Part shown: one piece after another, positions 8,944-18,162 of the stretch
Numbering within the stretch: position 1 is the stretch's first letter
Layout: every line of letters begins with the position of its first letter
Assembly (NCBI GenBank): GCA_051531975.1
Contig: JAOPTT010000005.1
Location: 96,001-160,000 of the forward strand
Direction: 5' to 3'
DNA length: 64,000 bases
Source of the DNA: Spirochaetaceae bacterium
Lineage (GTDB): Bacteria; Spirochaetota; Spirochaetia; DSM-2461
Notes under the pieces: model-generated
Told to the model about the DNA's origin: nothing
Seen by the model: the letters and a program-made list of their open reading frames with translations, nothing else
Databases searched by the model: none
Translations under genes and position numbers: made by a program

Positions 8944-10290
8944 CTAAATTAAAGGTAGTTTAAAGGTAACTGTTATTCCACTATTTGGGTTATTACGTAC
9001 AAATATAGCACCCTTGTGTTCAGTAATTATCTGTCTAGATATTGCTAATCCTAAACCACTACCCTCGGTAGAGGAGGATCTTGCTGGGTCAGCTCTATAA
9101 AACCGTGTAAAGATTTGATCTATTGTTTTAGGATTTACCCCAATTCCATTGTCTTTAATCGAAATCATGGCCATATCTTGGTTTTGCGATAGTGTTATAT
9201 CAATAAGACAGATTTCTTTATCACAATATTTAACAGAATTTCTAATTATATTATGAATTACTCTTTGTAATTGAATTGGGTCAGCAAGTATTAATAAGAT
9301 ATCAATATTTTTTGTATAATTTATTTTAAGATTAGGGGAGTCATATAGAATCTCATCTATAATATCAGTGATGAAAAGGTTCAGATCTAACTTCTGAAAA
9401 TTAAAATGTACGGTTTTTAAATCTAGTTTAGATGATAAAAATAGGTTTTCTATTAATTTATCAAGAATATTAACTTTTTTAGAAATTGTTTCGTGGTATT
9501 TGTTTATTTTTTCCGGTGTATTTGCGACACCATCAACAATACCTTCTATATATCCTTTAATTGCAGTTATTGGAGTTTTTAAATCGTGGGAAATATTTGC
9601 TATTAATTCAGTTCGATTGTTTTCGTACATAAGTTGTTTTTGAGCACTGTTTTTAAGCCTTAGTCTCATATCATCAAAAGCAGCAAAAACTTCATTTATC
9701 TCATCCTTGGCATTATATGTTAGGTCAATATCAAACTCTTCTTCTTTTATACTAATAGCGGCATCTTTTAATTTTTGTAGAGGTCTAGTTATAGTTCTTG
9801 CTGTGAAATAAGTTAATATACTAATTAGAATTGAGTAAAAAATGAATGGTATCAAAAATGATAAGAAATAACGTTCTACCTTGAAATCTTTAATCATAAA
9901 ATGTATCTCTGCAGATCTACCATCTTTAAGATTAAATAACCAATAATTAACAAATTTTTGTTCATGAAAATCTTTAGATATATTGTTGGAATCAAATCCT
10001 TCTTTGGTATGAACGGTACCTTCTACACTAACAACTGCAGTTACCACACTAGGGTTCTGAGTTTTTTGTATTAATTTTTGTAATACACTATTTTCCAATA
10101 ATGAGTCTGGATCATTTCCTAAGATATTATATAACTCATTATTAAAATCTTTAGACTGAATTGACAATCTTAGTTGTTTAAATTGTTCTGTGTAACCACT
10201 GCTTACAGTAATTGACAGAGTTATAAAAATAATTAGTGGGATGAGTACTAACAAAATATATGAAATACGAAGTCGTTTACCAATTGTCAT
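8944..10290 (-). CDS. HAMP-containing sensor histidine kinase
   Basis: Two TM helices, HAMP, SHDLKTP H-box, N box, DNGIG and GSGLGL. Confidence 0.95.
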   Translation of the reverse strand: MTIGKRLRISYILLVLIPLIIFITLSITVSSGYTEQFKQLRLSIQSKDFNNELYNILGNDPDSLLENSVLQKLIQKTQNPSVVTAVVSVEGTVHTKEGFDSNNISKDFHEQKFVNYWLFNLKDGRSAEIHFMIKDFKVERYFLSFLIPFIFYSILISILTYFTARTITRPLQKLKDAAISIKEEEFDIDLTYNAKDEINEVFAAFDDMRLRLKNSAQKQLMYENNRTELIANISHDLKTPITAIKGYIEGIVDGVANTPEKINKYHETISKKVNILDKLIENLFLSSKLDLKTVHFNFQKLDLNLFITDIIDEILYDSPNLKINYTKNIDILLILADPIQLQRVIHNIIRNSVKYCDKEICLIDITLSQNQDMAMISIKDNGIGVNPKTIDQIFTRFYRADPARSSSTEGSGLGLAISRQIITEHKGAIFVRNNPNSGITVTFKLPLI

Positions 10291-10335
10291 TTTTAAATTA
10301 TATACCTTAGTTTGTTTTTATATATTAAGAAAATA

Positions 10336-11043
10336 TTAATTTATTGTTATTTTTCCAGAAATTATAGCTTCTTTGATATGGGTAAATGATAGGTCTTCAA
10401 TTTCTAGAGTAAAACTTCTGTCCCCTATGTTATCTATGTAGTGGGCATCTGAATTGGTTATATATGGTATATTATTTAATTTCATGATTGGTGGAAGTTT
10501 TGTTAAACCAACAGCGGTGTAATTTTCATCTGGTAGAAATCCTAACTGACTTTTAATACTGAATTGAGGTTTGTCTATATGGGCAGGAATAAATATGCCA
10601 TCTCTCTCTAGAGTCATTTCTAGAAGTTCACTAATAGAGTACATACTAGCACCACCAGTTAAATACTTTTCAACCTCTCCTAATATATTTTCTTCATCAT
10701 CTACATATATCTGGTCACCCCATTTTTCAGGATCATTTGGAACAGATAATAGGCTTTTATATATTAATTCTCCCATTTCTAATGCAGTTTCAGGGTTTTT
10801 AAATAGGGCTAAAACATGTGCTTCTTCACTACTTGTTATCTCTAGTCCATAAATACCAAATATACCAGCAGAGTTACAAGCTGCTCTAAAGGCAGGGGTG
10901 TTTAGAGCAGAATTATGGTCTGTCAAAGCTATTACATCCAGTCCCCTTTTTTTAGCCGCTATAGCGATATCAATTGGGGACATTTCCAAATCCCCACAGG
11001 GGCTTAAACAGGAGTGGATGTGAAGATCACACCTTACTTCCAT
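10336..11043 (-). CDS. PHP-domain phosphoesterase
   Basis: DLHIHSCLSPC, ALTDHN, GLE, PAHID and NSDAH metal-ligand motifs. Confidence 0.9.
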   Translation of the reverse strand: MEVRCDLHIHSCLSPCGDLEMSPIDIAIAAKKRGLDVIALTDHNSALNTPAFRAACNSAGIFGIYGLEITSSEEAHVLALFKNPETALEMGELIYKSLLSVPNDPEKWGDQIYVDDEENILGEVEKYLTGGASMYSISELLEMTLERDGIFIPAHIDKPQFSIKSQLGFLPDENYTAVGLTKLPPIMKLNNIPYITNSDAHYIDNIGDRSFTLEIEDLSFTHIKEAIISGKITIN

Positions 11044-11369
11044 TATAGAGCCTGATGCACCTTAAATGATGTTTCAAACTGATTTTCTTTTGTTGTGAAG
11101 ATTGCAATTCCTTCTTCTTTTGCTGCATTCATCATATCATCAGGAACTTTTCGTCCACTGCAAATTATAACAGCCGTAATTCCAGCTAAAGAGCAACATG
11201 CAATTGTATTTTTATGAGCTTGGATAGTTATTAAAACAGAATCCTCGTCTGCATTACCCATAACATCACTTAAAAGGTCGGAAGTAAACCCAGTGGTAAT
11301 ATCCTCAATTTCGTAGTCCTGATATGTTGCTACATAACCTAATTTCAGTTCTAAATCATTTGTTTTCAT
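11043..11369 (-). CDS. DRTGG/HPr-kinase-N-like small protein
   Basis: GFTSDLLSDVM and LITIQAHKN pattern typical of hydrogenase-cluster DRTGG proteins. Confidence 0.8.
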   Translation of the reverse strand: MKTNDLELKLGYVATYQDYEIEDITTGFTSDLLSDVMGNADEDSVLITIQAHKNTIACCSLAGITAVIICSGRKVPDDMMNAAKEEGIAIFTTKENQFETSFKVHQAL

Positions 11370-12283
11370 TTGTCATTATCCTTAATTATATTAAAATGTA
11401 CTTTTACTATGGTTCCTGCTGGGCTAGATTCTATCTCAAAATCATCTGCAACCCTTTTTGAATTTGGTAGGCCCATTCCTGCACCAAAACCTAAACTTCT
11501 AATCCAGTCGTTAGCTGTAGAAAACCCCTCTGTTAATGCTTTTTCTAGATCTGGGATACCAGGACCTCTATCTTTAGCTATAATGGTTATTTTATCTTTA
11601 TCAAATATTGCTTTAATCGTCCCACCCTCAGAGTGAACTACTTGGTTTATCTCTAATTCATATGATGCTACAGCAACTCTTCTAATAAATTTTCTATCTA
11701 ATGCCAGTTTTTTAAGAGTCTTTTTTATCTCTGTAGATGCTTTACCTGCAATCTCAAAATTAAATTTAATTGTTTGAAACTCTTTTTCATTATCCTGTAT
11801 ATCTTCTGGTGTATCTTTCTGGATTGAGTTTTCCAAGGCTTGCATTGCTTCGTTTAAGTGGGCTAATAATCTTGTATTTATATCCCGCATGGAAATTATT
11901 CCAACTAGCTCCTTTCCTTTATTTAGAACTGGGAATCGTCCAAAGCTATATTTATTAAAATAAGAAATTGCAAAACTTAAAGGCATATCATCTTCTAAAA
12001 CAATTAGCTTTCTAGTCATGTGTTTTTCTATTTTATCATCTATATAGCCACCGTCTAAGGCTTTAATAATATCTTCGATACTAACTAAACCTAGAATTCT
12101 CATAGAATTTGTTATTGGGATTGAAGATAATTTATTTTTAGCCATAGTTAATTGTACATTACGCATTGTTCCAGATTTTCTAAGTGTAATTAAATCTGTA
12201 CTCATAACATCTTTTATTTTTAACTGGTATATTATCTCTTGTATTACAGAGGGTGAGTCTGTATTTATGGGTATGTTTTCCAT
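11366..12283 (-). CDS. CBS-pair domain fused to an RsbT/RsbW-like (anti-sigma type) Ser/Thr kinase ATPase
   Basis: Two CBS repeats (KIKDVMS, FGRFPV...LVGIIS). C-terminal YELEINQVVHS.GG, DRGPGI and GFSTA...LGFGAGMGLPN. Confidence 0.85.
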   Translation of the reverse strand: MENIPINTDSPSVIQEIIYQLKIKDVMSTDLITLRKSGTMRNVQLTMAKNKLSSIPITNSMRILGLVSIEDIIKALDGGYIDDKIEKHMTRKLIVLEDDMPLSFAISYFNKYSFGRFPVLNKGKELVGIISMRDINTRLLAHLNEAMQALENSIQKDTPEDIQDNEKEFQTIKFNFEIAGKASTEIKKTLKKLALDRKFIRRVAVASYELEINQVVHSEGGTIKAIFDKDKITIIAKDRGPGIPDLEKALTEGFSTANDWIRSLGFGAGMGLPNSKRVADDFEIESSPAGTIVKVHFNIIKDNDK

Positions 12284-12900
12284 TATTTCTCCGTTGCAGT
12301 TTTAACTAAATATGTTAACTTCTTGATTTCAAGTCCAATGTTTACGTTATTTACGATGCAATCATCTGAAGATTTTAGTTCAACTGGTGTAAAGTTTAAT
12401 ACTCCTTTAATACCTAGGGCAAGAAGTTTCTCAAACATACTTGCAGCGGCATCTTCTGGAACGGTTAAAATAGCTGTTCTAATTTTGTGTTCTTTTATAT
12501 ATGTAGGTAAGATCTCAGTTTTATATATAGGTATATTTCTAAATTTATCATCCTGTGGATATATGTCAAAACCAGCGACAATTTTACCACCGTCTTTTGT
12601 AAAATCAACATGGTTTATTAAAGCCTTTGCTATGTGACCACAACCAACAATAACCATGTTCTCAACTTCTTTACCGCCTAATAGAATATCTAGTTTTTCA
12701 ATTAGAACATCGATCTCATAACCACCCCGTTTATTACCAGTTAAATCAAACCTTGAAAAATCTTTTCTAACTAGGGCAGGAGTTATTCCAAGAGCATCTC
12801 CCAGGTTATTTGAGAAGACTCTGGCCATCCCTAGACTTTTTAATTGTGAAAGTATCCTGTTATATTTTATAAAGCGCGTAACCGTTTCATCGTTTATCAT
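12283..12900 (-). CDS. rex: Redox-sensing transcriptional repressor Rex
   Basis: Winged helix with VRKDFSRF...G....GY, Rossmann VGCGHIA.AL, AGFD, ILTVP and GIKGVLNFTP. Likely start is ATG 12900. Confidence 0.88.
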   Translation of the reverse strand: MINDETVTRFIKYNRILSQLKSLGMARVFSNNLGDALGITPALVRKDFSRFDLTGNKRGGYEIDVLIEKLDILLGGKEVENMVIVGCGHIAKALINHVDFTKDGGKIVAGFDIYPQDDKFRNIPIYKTEILPTYIKEHKIRTAILTVPEDAAASMFEKLLALGIKGVLNFTPVELKSSDDCIVNNVNIGLEIKKLTYLVKTATEK

Positions 12901-13066
12901 CCCTTTAATGTACCTCAGTTCACAATATTTGTAAACATTGTTTTCCAAATCGATATTCTAGGCGCAATAAAAACAATCTTTCGATGAATTACTATTGAAT
13001 TCCGAATATAACTACCATATAATAGCCTCAGGATATAATTTTTGTAGAATATTGTTAGGAGGTATT

Positions 13067-13546
13067 ATGCCTACAGAAGAGAAGATTGAGCTTCCACAGA
13101 GTTTATTAGATTTCATTAATTTATGGAGAGATAAACCAGGAAACCTAATTATGATTCTTCACAAAACTCAGGAGCACTTTGGGTTCATCCCAAGAGGTGC
13201 AGCAATTGAGTTAGCGAAGAACTTAGAAGTACCGTTGGCTAAAGTTTACGGTGTTATTACTTTTTATCATTTTTTCAAGTTAGTAAAACCTGGTAAAAAC
13301 ATCATTTCGGTTTGTATGGGTACAGCATGTTATATAAAAGGTGCTGGAGACTTAATGGCTGAGTGTGAAACACTTTTAGGTTGTGGTGTTAACTGTACAA
13401 CAGACGATGAGGAATTCTCATTACAAGCTGTACGATGTGTTGGTTGTTGTGGTCTTGCTCCACTTGTTACTGTTGGTGACGAGGTTTTTGGAAAGATTTC
13501 AGCAGATGATCTACCTGAGATTATTGCAAAATATAGAAGCAAGTAG
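13067..13546 (+). CDS. [FeFe]-hydrogenase diaphorase small subunit (NuoE/HydC/HndA-like)
   Basis: GVITFYHFF, CMGTAC and CVGCC [2Fe-2S] ligands. Start at ATG 13067 after AGGAGG. Confidence 0.93.
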   Translation: MPTEEKIELPQSLLDFINLWRDKPGNLIMILHKTQEHFGFIPRGAAIELAKNLEVPLAKVYGVITFYHFFKLVKPGKNIISVCMGTACYIKGAGDLMAECETLLGCGVNCTTDDEEFSLQAVRCVGCCGLAPLVTVGDEVFGKISADDLPEIIAKYRSK

Positions 13547-14088
13547 TGCATTATAATCTTTGTGACTGCATTCTGGATTTGTTTCAGAACTCAGTGGAAG
13601 CTAATTCAAAGACTATTGTTTTAGACTTTATTCAATCTAAGGCATCATTGGAAATTAACATTATCGATGATGGTAAAGGAATGGATCAAAATACGTTAAG
13701 TCGTGTTAAAGACCCTTTTTTTACAGATGGTATAAAACATAAAAGTCGTAAAGTTGGATTAGGAATACCTTTTTTAATACAGACTACAGAGATGACTGAC
13801 GGAGTCTTTCATTTAAAGTCTGATCTTGGAAAGGGAACAGTATTAAACATTACGTTTAATCTAAGCCACTGGGATACTCCTCCAATCGGGGATGTTGTAG
13901 GATTACTAGTTTCAGCAATGGCCTTTGAAGGCGATTATGATCTTGTAGTTAACAGAGAAGATAAAGAACGAAACCTAAAATATAGTGTTGCGAGATCTGA
14001 ATTACTTGAAATATTAGGTGATTTGAGTCAAGTGACAAATATGATTCTCCTTAAGGAGTTCATAGAATCCCAGGAAGAAAATAATTAG
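13546..14088 (+). CDS. Stand-alone HATPase_c (GHKL) ATP-binding protein within the hydrogenase operon
   Basis: LDLFQNSVEA, DDGKGM, DPFFT, VGLGIP and G.GT motifs. No H-box or DHp domain. Confidence 0.8.
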   Translation: MHYNLCDCILDLFQNSVEANSKTIVLDFIQSKASLEINIIDDGKGMDQNTLSRVKDPFFTDGIKHKSRKVGLGIPFLIQTTEMTDGVFHLKSDLGKGTVLNITFNLSHWDTPPIGDVVGLLVSAMAFEGDYDLVVNREDKERNLKYSVARSELLEILGDLSQVTNMILLKEFIESQEENN

Positions 14089-14099
14089 GAGTTTTACTT

Positions 14100-14498
14100 A
14101 TGGCTAAAATGACTTTAGCACAATTAAAAGCATTGAGAAATGATAAGAAAAAAGAAATTGATAGACGTGATTCAGAAGGTAAAGATATAACTATTGTAGT
14201 TGGTATGGGAACTTGTGGAATTGCTGCAGGTGGAAAAGAGACTATTTCTGCACTTATCGATGAAATGAAAGAACACGATTTAGTTAATGTAACAATTAAG
14301 CAAACAGGTTGTATGGGTCTATGTCACTCAGAACCAACTATAGATGTAAAAGTACCTGGTATGCCAGATACTATTTATGGAAATGTTAATGCTGAAGTTG
14401 CAAAAGAGGTTGTTGTTAAACATATTATTGGAAAAGAGTTACTTTCTAAGAATGTTTTAGACCGACCAGCAACTGATATAATGAAGGAGCAGAAGTAA
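14100..14498 (+). CDS. Thioredoxin-like [2Fe-2S] ferredoxin subunit (HydD/HndB-like)
   Basis: GMGTCGIAAG and TGCMGLCHSEP motifs. Confidence 0.88.
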   Translation: MAKMTLAQLKALRNDKKKEIDRRDSEGKDITIVVGMGTCGIAAGGKETISALIDEMKEHDLVNVTIKQTGCMGLCHSEPTIDVKVPGMPDTIYGNVNAEVAKEVVVKHIIGKELLSKNVLDRPATDIMKEQK

Positions 14499-14500
14499 CC

Positions 14501-16291
14501 ATGGCTGTAAAAAACTTTATATTGGTTTGTGGGGGAACTGCCTGCGAATCATCCAAGGGTGATGAAATATTCAAAGCTCTATTAAAATCTGCCGAAAAAC
14601 ATGGACTAAAAGATGATGTTCAGATAATTAAAACAGGTTGTTTTGGTTTCTGTGAAAAAGGACCTATTGTTAAGGTTCTTCCAGAAGAGGCATTTTATGT
14701 TGAAGTAGTACCTGCTGATGCAGAAGAAATTATTGCTGAAACAATATTAAAAGGTAGAATAGTTGACCGATTAATCTATAAGGATCCAAATGCAGATGCA
14801 GATGCACCTGCAGATCAGATTAAATTCTATCAAAAACAGTACCGAGTAGTACTAAGAAACTGTGGTTTAATTAACCCAGAAGATATCGAAGAGTATATTG
14901 CCAGAGATGGTTATTTAGCACTTGAAAAATGTCTAACAGGTGAATTAACTCCAGACGATGTTATTAACGAGCTTAAAACAGCGGCAATTAGAGGTCGTGG
15001 TGGTGCTGGTTTCCCAACATGGTTAAAGTGGAACTTTTCTAAGAATGTTGATGCAGATCAAAAATTTGTTATCTGTAATGCCGATGAAGGTGATCCAGGT
15101 GCATATATGGATAGATCAGTATGTGAGGGTGACCCACATTCAATAATCGAAGCTATGACTATTGCAGGTTATACTTGTGGTGCAAACCAAGGTTATATCT
15201 ATATTAGAGCTGAATATCCATTAGCAATTGAACGATTAAACATAGCTATAGAGCAATCTAGAGAAGCTGGACTTCTTGGAGATAGCATTTTAGGTTCAGA
15301 TTTTTCATTTGATTTAGAACTTAGATTAGGTGCTGGAGCATTTGTTTGTGGTGAAGAGACTGCACTTATCGCTTCTATTGAAGGGAAACGGGGTATGCCT
15401 GTTCCAAAACCACCATTTCCAGCTGTAAAAGGTCTATGGGGTAAACCATCAGTTATCAACAATGTTGAAACTTTTGCTAATATACCTGTAATCTTAACAA
15501 AAGGTGGAGCGTGGTATAAATCTTTAGGTACAGAAGGTTCTTCTGGTACGAAAGTATTTGCTTTAACTGGTCAGATAGAAAACTCTGGTCTTGTTGAAGT
15601 TCCTATGGGAACAACTTTAAGAGACATTGTATTTGATATCGGTGGTGGTATTAGAAACAATAGAAAATTCAAAGCTGTACAAACTGGTGGACCATCAGGT
15701 GGTGTTATTACTGAGCAGTTCCTAGATACTCCAATTGACTTTGATACTTTAACTTCTATCGGATCAATGATGGGTTCTGGTGGTATGATCGTAATGTCAG
15801 AAGACGATTGTATTGTTGATGTTACTAAGTTCTACCTAGAATTCTGTGTTGAAGAGTCTTGTGGTAAATGTTCTCCTTGTAGAATAGGTACTAAAAAGAT
15901 GCATGAAATCCTTGAGAAGATTACTTCTGGAAAAGGTGAAATGTCAGACATTCAGCAGATGAAAGATATTGGTAAAGCTCTTAAGACTGCATCACTTTGT
16001 GGTTTAGGTCAAACAGCAGCTAACCCTGTTCTTTCAACACTTAAATATTTCGAAGATGAGTACTTAGAGCACATTAACGAAAACAAGTGTAGAGCTGGAA
16101 AATGTAAAGATCTTATGCAGTATAAAGTAGTTGAAGATAAATGTATCGGATGTACAGTATGTGCAAGAAAGTGTCCAGTTAACTGTATTGAAGGTGAGAG
16201 AAAAACTCCTCACTTCATCGTTCAGGAAAATTGTGTTAAATGTGGTGCTTGTTATGAAGCATGTAAATTTGATGCGATTACTATCAGTTAA
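14501..16291 (+). CDS. NADH/FMN-binding hydrogenase subunit (NuoF/HydB/HndC-like)
   Basis: N-terminal [2Fe-2S] domain, GRGGAGFP, NADEGDPGAYMDR, GAGAFVCGEETAL, GGPSGG, ESCGKCSPCR and a C-terminal 2x[4Fe-4S] domain. Confidence 0.96.
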   Translation: MAVKNFILVCGGTACESSKGDEIFKALLKSAEKHGLKDDVQIIKTGCFGFCEKGPIVKVLPEEAFYVEVVPADAEEIIAETILKGRIVDRLIYKDPNADADAPADQIKFYQKQYRVVLRNCGLINPEDIEEYIARDGYLALEKCLTGELTPDDVINELKTAAIRGRGGAGFPTWLKWNFSKNVDADQKFVICNADEGDPGAYMDRSVCEGDPHSIIEAMTIAGYTCGANQGYIYIRAEYPLAIERLNIAIEQSREAGLLGDSILGSDFSFDLELRLGAGAFVCGEETALIASIEGKRGMPVPKPPFPAVKGLWGKPSVINNVETFANIPVILTKGGAWYKSLGTEGSSGTKVFALTGQIENSGLVEVPMGTTLRDIVFDIGGGIRNNRKFKAVQTGGPSGGVITEQFLDTPIDFDTLTSIGSMMGSGGMIVMSEDDCIVDVTKFYLEFCVEESCGKCSPCRIGTKKMHEILEKITSGKGEMSDIQQMKDIGKALKTASLCGLGQTAANPVLSTLKYFEDEYLEHINENKCRAGKCKDLMQYKVVEDKCIGCTVCARKCPVNCIEGERKTPHFIVQENCVKCGACYEACKFDAITIS

Positions 16292-16308
16292 AGAAAGGGA
16301 GATTTTAA

Positions 16309-18054
16309 GTGGCTACTATAAATATAAAAATTAATGGTACTCCTGTAGAAGTAGAACAAGGAACAAGAATTCTTGGTGCTGCTAAGTTAGCAGGGGTAAA
16401 CATACCTACACTATGTGATCATTCGGACTTAGAGCCGTGGGCATCATGTGGTATATGTATTGTAAAAGTGGAGGGTTCTCCAAAATTAGTTAGAGCTTGT
16501 GCTACGGAAGTAGTTGAAGGTCAAAACTATATTACTCACGATCCTGAACTTCAGGAAGTAAGAAGAACTGTATTAGAGCTAATTATCTCTAATCACCCTC
16601 TTGAATGTCTTACATGTGCTAGAAATGGTGTTTGTGAGCTACAGGATCTTGCAGAGGATTTCTCAATAAGAGAAGTTCCTTATACTAATGGTGTTAAAGA
16701 CCTTCCAAGAGATGAGTCTACAAACGCTTTAGTTTTTGATCCTAGAAAATGTGTAAACTGTGGTAGATGTGTAAATGTATGTCAGCAATTACAGGACGTT
16801 TGGGCTCTTGAGTTCATAGGTCGTGGTGACGATACATTAATGACTGCTGCTGGTGGTGCATTAATAGCTGAATCACCATGTATAAAGTGTGGGCAATGTT
16901 CTGCTCACTGTCCTGTTGGAGCAATCTACGAAAAAGATGAAACTCAGGAATTTATGCAGATGATAGGTTCTGATAAACATGTTGCTGTACAAATGGCACC
17001 TTCTGTAAGAGTTGCAATTGGTGAAATGTTTGGTATGGCTCCTGGAACTGTAACTACTGGTAAAATATATGCATCACTTAGAAGACTAGGTGTAGATGCT
17101 GTATTTGATACAAACTTTGGTGCTGACCTTACAATTATGGAAGAGGGATCAGAGCTAGTTGAAAGAATAACTACTGGTGGACTATTACCACAAATTACTT
17201 CTTGTTGTCCAGCGTGGACTGATTATATGGAGAAATATTATCCCGATATGATTCCTCACTTTTCAACTGCAAAATCACCTATGATGATGCAGGGAGCAGT
17301 TACTAAAACTTATTATGCTGAGTCAAAAGGTTTAACTGCGAAAGATATTTATTCTGTAGCAATAATGCCTTGTACTGCTAAGAAATACGAAATCTCAAGA
17401 GATGACAATATGTCAGCTTCTGGTGAGAAAGATGTAGATCTTGTAATTACTACTAGAGAGCTTGGAAGACTTATTAAGTCTGCCGGAATCGACTTTGTTA
17501 ACTTAGAAGACGAGAAAGCTGATAGCTCTATTGGTATGTATGCTGGTGCAGGTACAATCTTTGGTGTAACTGGTGGAGTTATGGAAGCAGCTGTAAGAAC
17601 TGCTCACGTACTTGTAACAGGTAAAGAGATTGAAGATGTTAATGTAACTGCTGTTCGTGGTGCTGAAAATGTTAAAACTGGTGAAGTAGCACTTGGTGAT
17701 ACTAAACTTAGAGTTGCTGTTGCACACGGTATGGCTAATGTAAGAGATTTAATGGACGAAGTACGGGCTGCGAAAGAAGCTGGTGGTGAACCTCCATATC
17801 ACTTTATTGAAGTTATGGCATGTAACGGTGGTTGTATTGCTGGAGGTGGTCAACCTTACGGAACTAACGATGAAGTTAGAGCCCAAAGAACTGCTGGAAT
17901 TTATAGTGATGATGAGAGATCAACAGTTAGATGTTCACATCAGAACCCTGAAATCCAAAAAATATACAAAGATTACTTTGGAAAACCATGTAGCCATAAA
18001 GCTCATGAATTATTACATACAAAATATCAAGAAAGACCTTTATATACTAAATAA
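16309..18054 (+). CDS. hydA: [FeFe]-hydrogenase catalytic subunit, group A (HydA/HndD-like)
   Basis: H-cluster motifs TSCCPAW, MPCTAKKYE and EVMACNGGCIAGGGQP. N-terminal [2Fe-2S], His-ligated [4Fe-4S] and 2x[4Fe-4S] domains. Confidence 0.96.
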   Translation: MATINIKINGTPVEVEQGTRILGAAKLAGVNIPTLCDHSDLEPWASCGICIVKVEGSPKLVRACATEVVEGQNYITHDPELQEVRRTVLELIISNHPLECLTCARNGVCELQDLAEDFSIREVPYTNGVKDLPRDESTNALVFDPRKCVNCGRCVNVCQQLQDVWALEFIGRGDDTLMTAAGGALIAESPCIKCGQCSAHCPVGAIYEKDETQEFMQMIGSDKHVAVQMAPSVRVAIGEMFGMAPGTVTTGKIYASLRRLGVDAVFDTNFGADLTIMEEGSELVERITTGGLLPQITSCCPAWTDYMEKYYPDMIPHFSTAKSPMMMQGAVTKTYYAESKGLTAKDIYSVAIMPCTAKKYEISRDDNMSASGEKDVDLVITTRELGRLIKSAGIDFVNLEDEKADSSIGMYAGAGTIFGVTGGVMEAAVRTAHVLVTGKEIEDVNVTAVRGAENVKTGEVALGDTKLRVAVAHGMANVRDLMDEVRAAKEAGGEPPYHFIEVMACNGGCIAGGGQPYGTNDEVRAQRTAGIYSDDERSTVRCSHQNPEIQKIYKDYFGKPCSHKAHELLHTKYQERPLYTK

Positions 18055-18074
18055 TAAAACTTTCTGATTTTAAT

Positions 18075-18100
18075 AAAGGCTCCCACTTGGGAGCCTTTTT
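18075..18100 (+). terminator. Intrinsic terminator of the hydrogenase operon
   Basis: AAAGGCTCCC-ACTT-GGGAGCCTTT followed by further Ts. Confidence 0.88.
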
Positions 18101-18162
18101 CTTTACCTAATCTTTACTATATAATTATTGACTCATTATATATTTAAACTAACAATGTAAGT

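Noticed and set aside
12901..13066. N-terminal extensions of rex and the NuoE-like ORF in the track (likewise efp, parD, MATE, feoA, QueD-like)
   Set aside because: Downstream starts fit the family N-termini and mostly have clear SD sequences; the extensions run through promoter DNA.
13067..16291. Respiratory complex I (nuoEF)
   Set aside because: No membrane-arm nuo genes, and the adjacent H-cluster subunit identifies these as hydrogenase diaphorase subunits.
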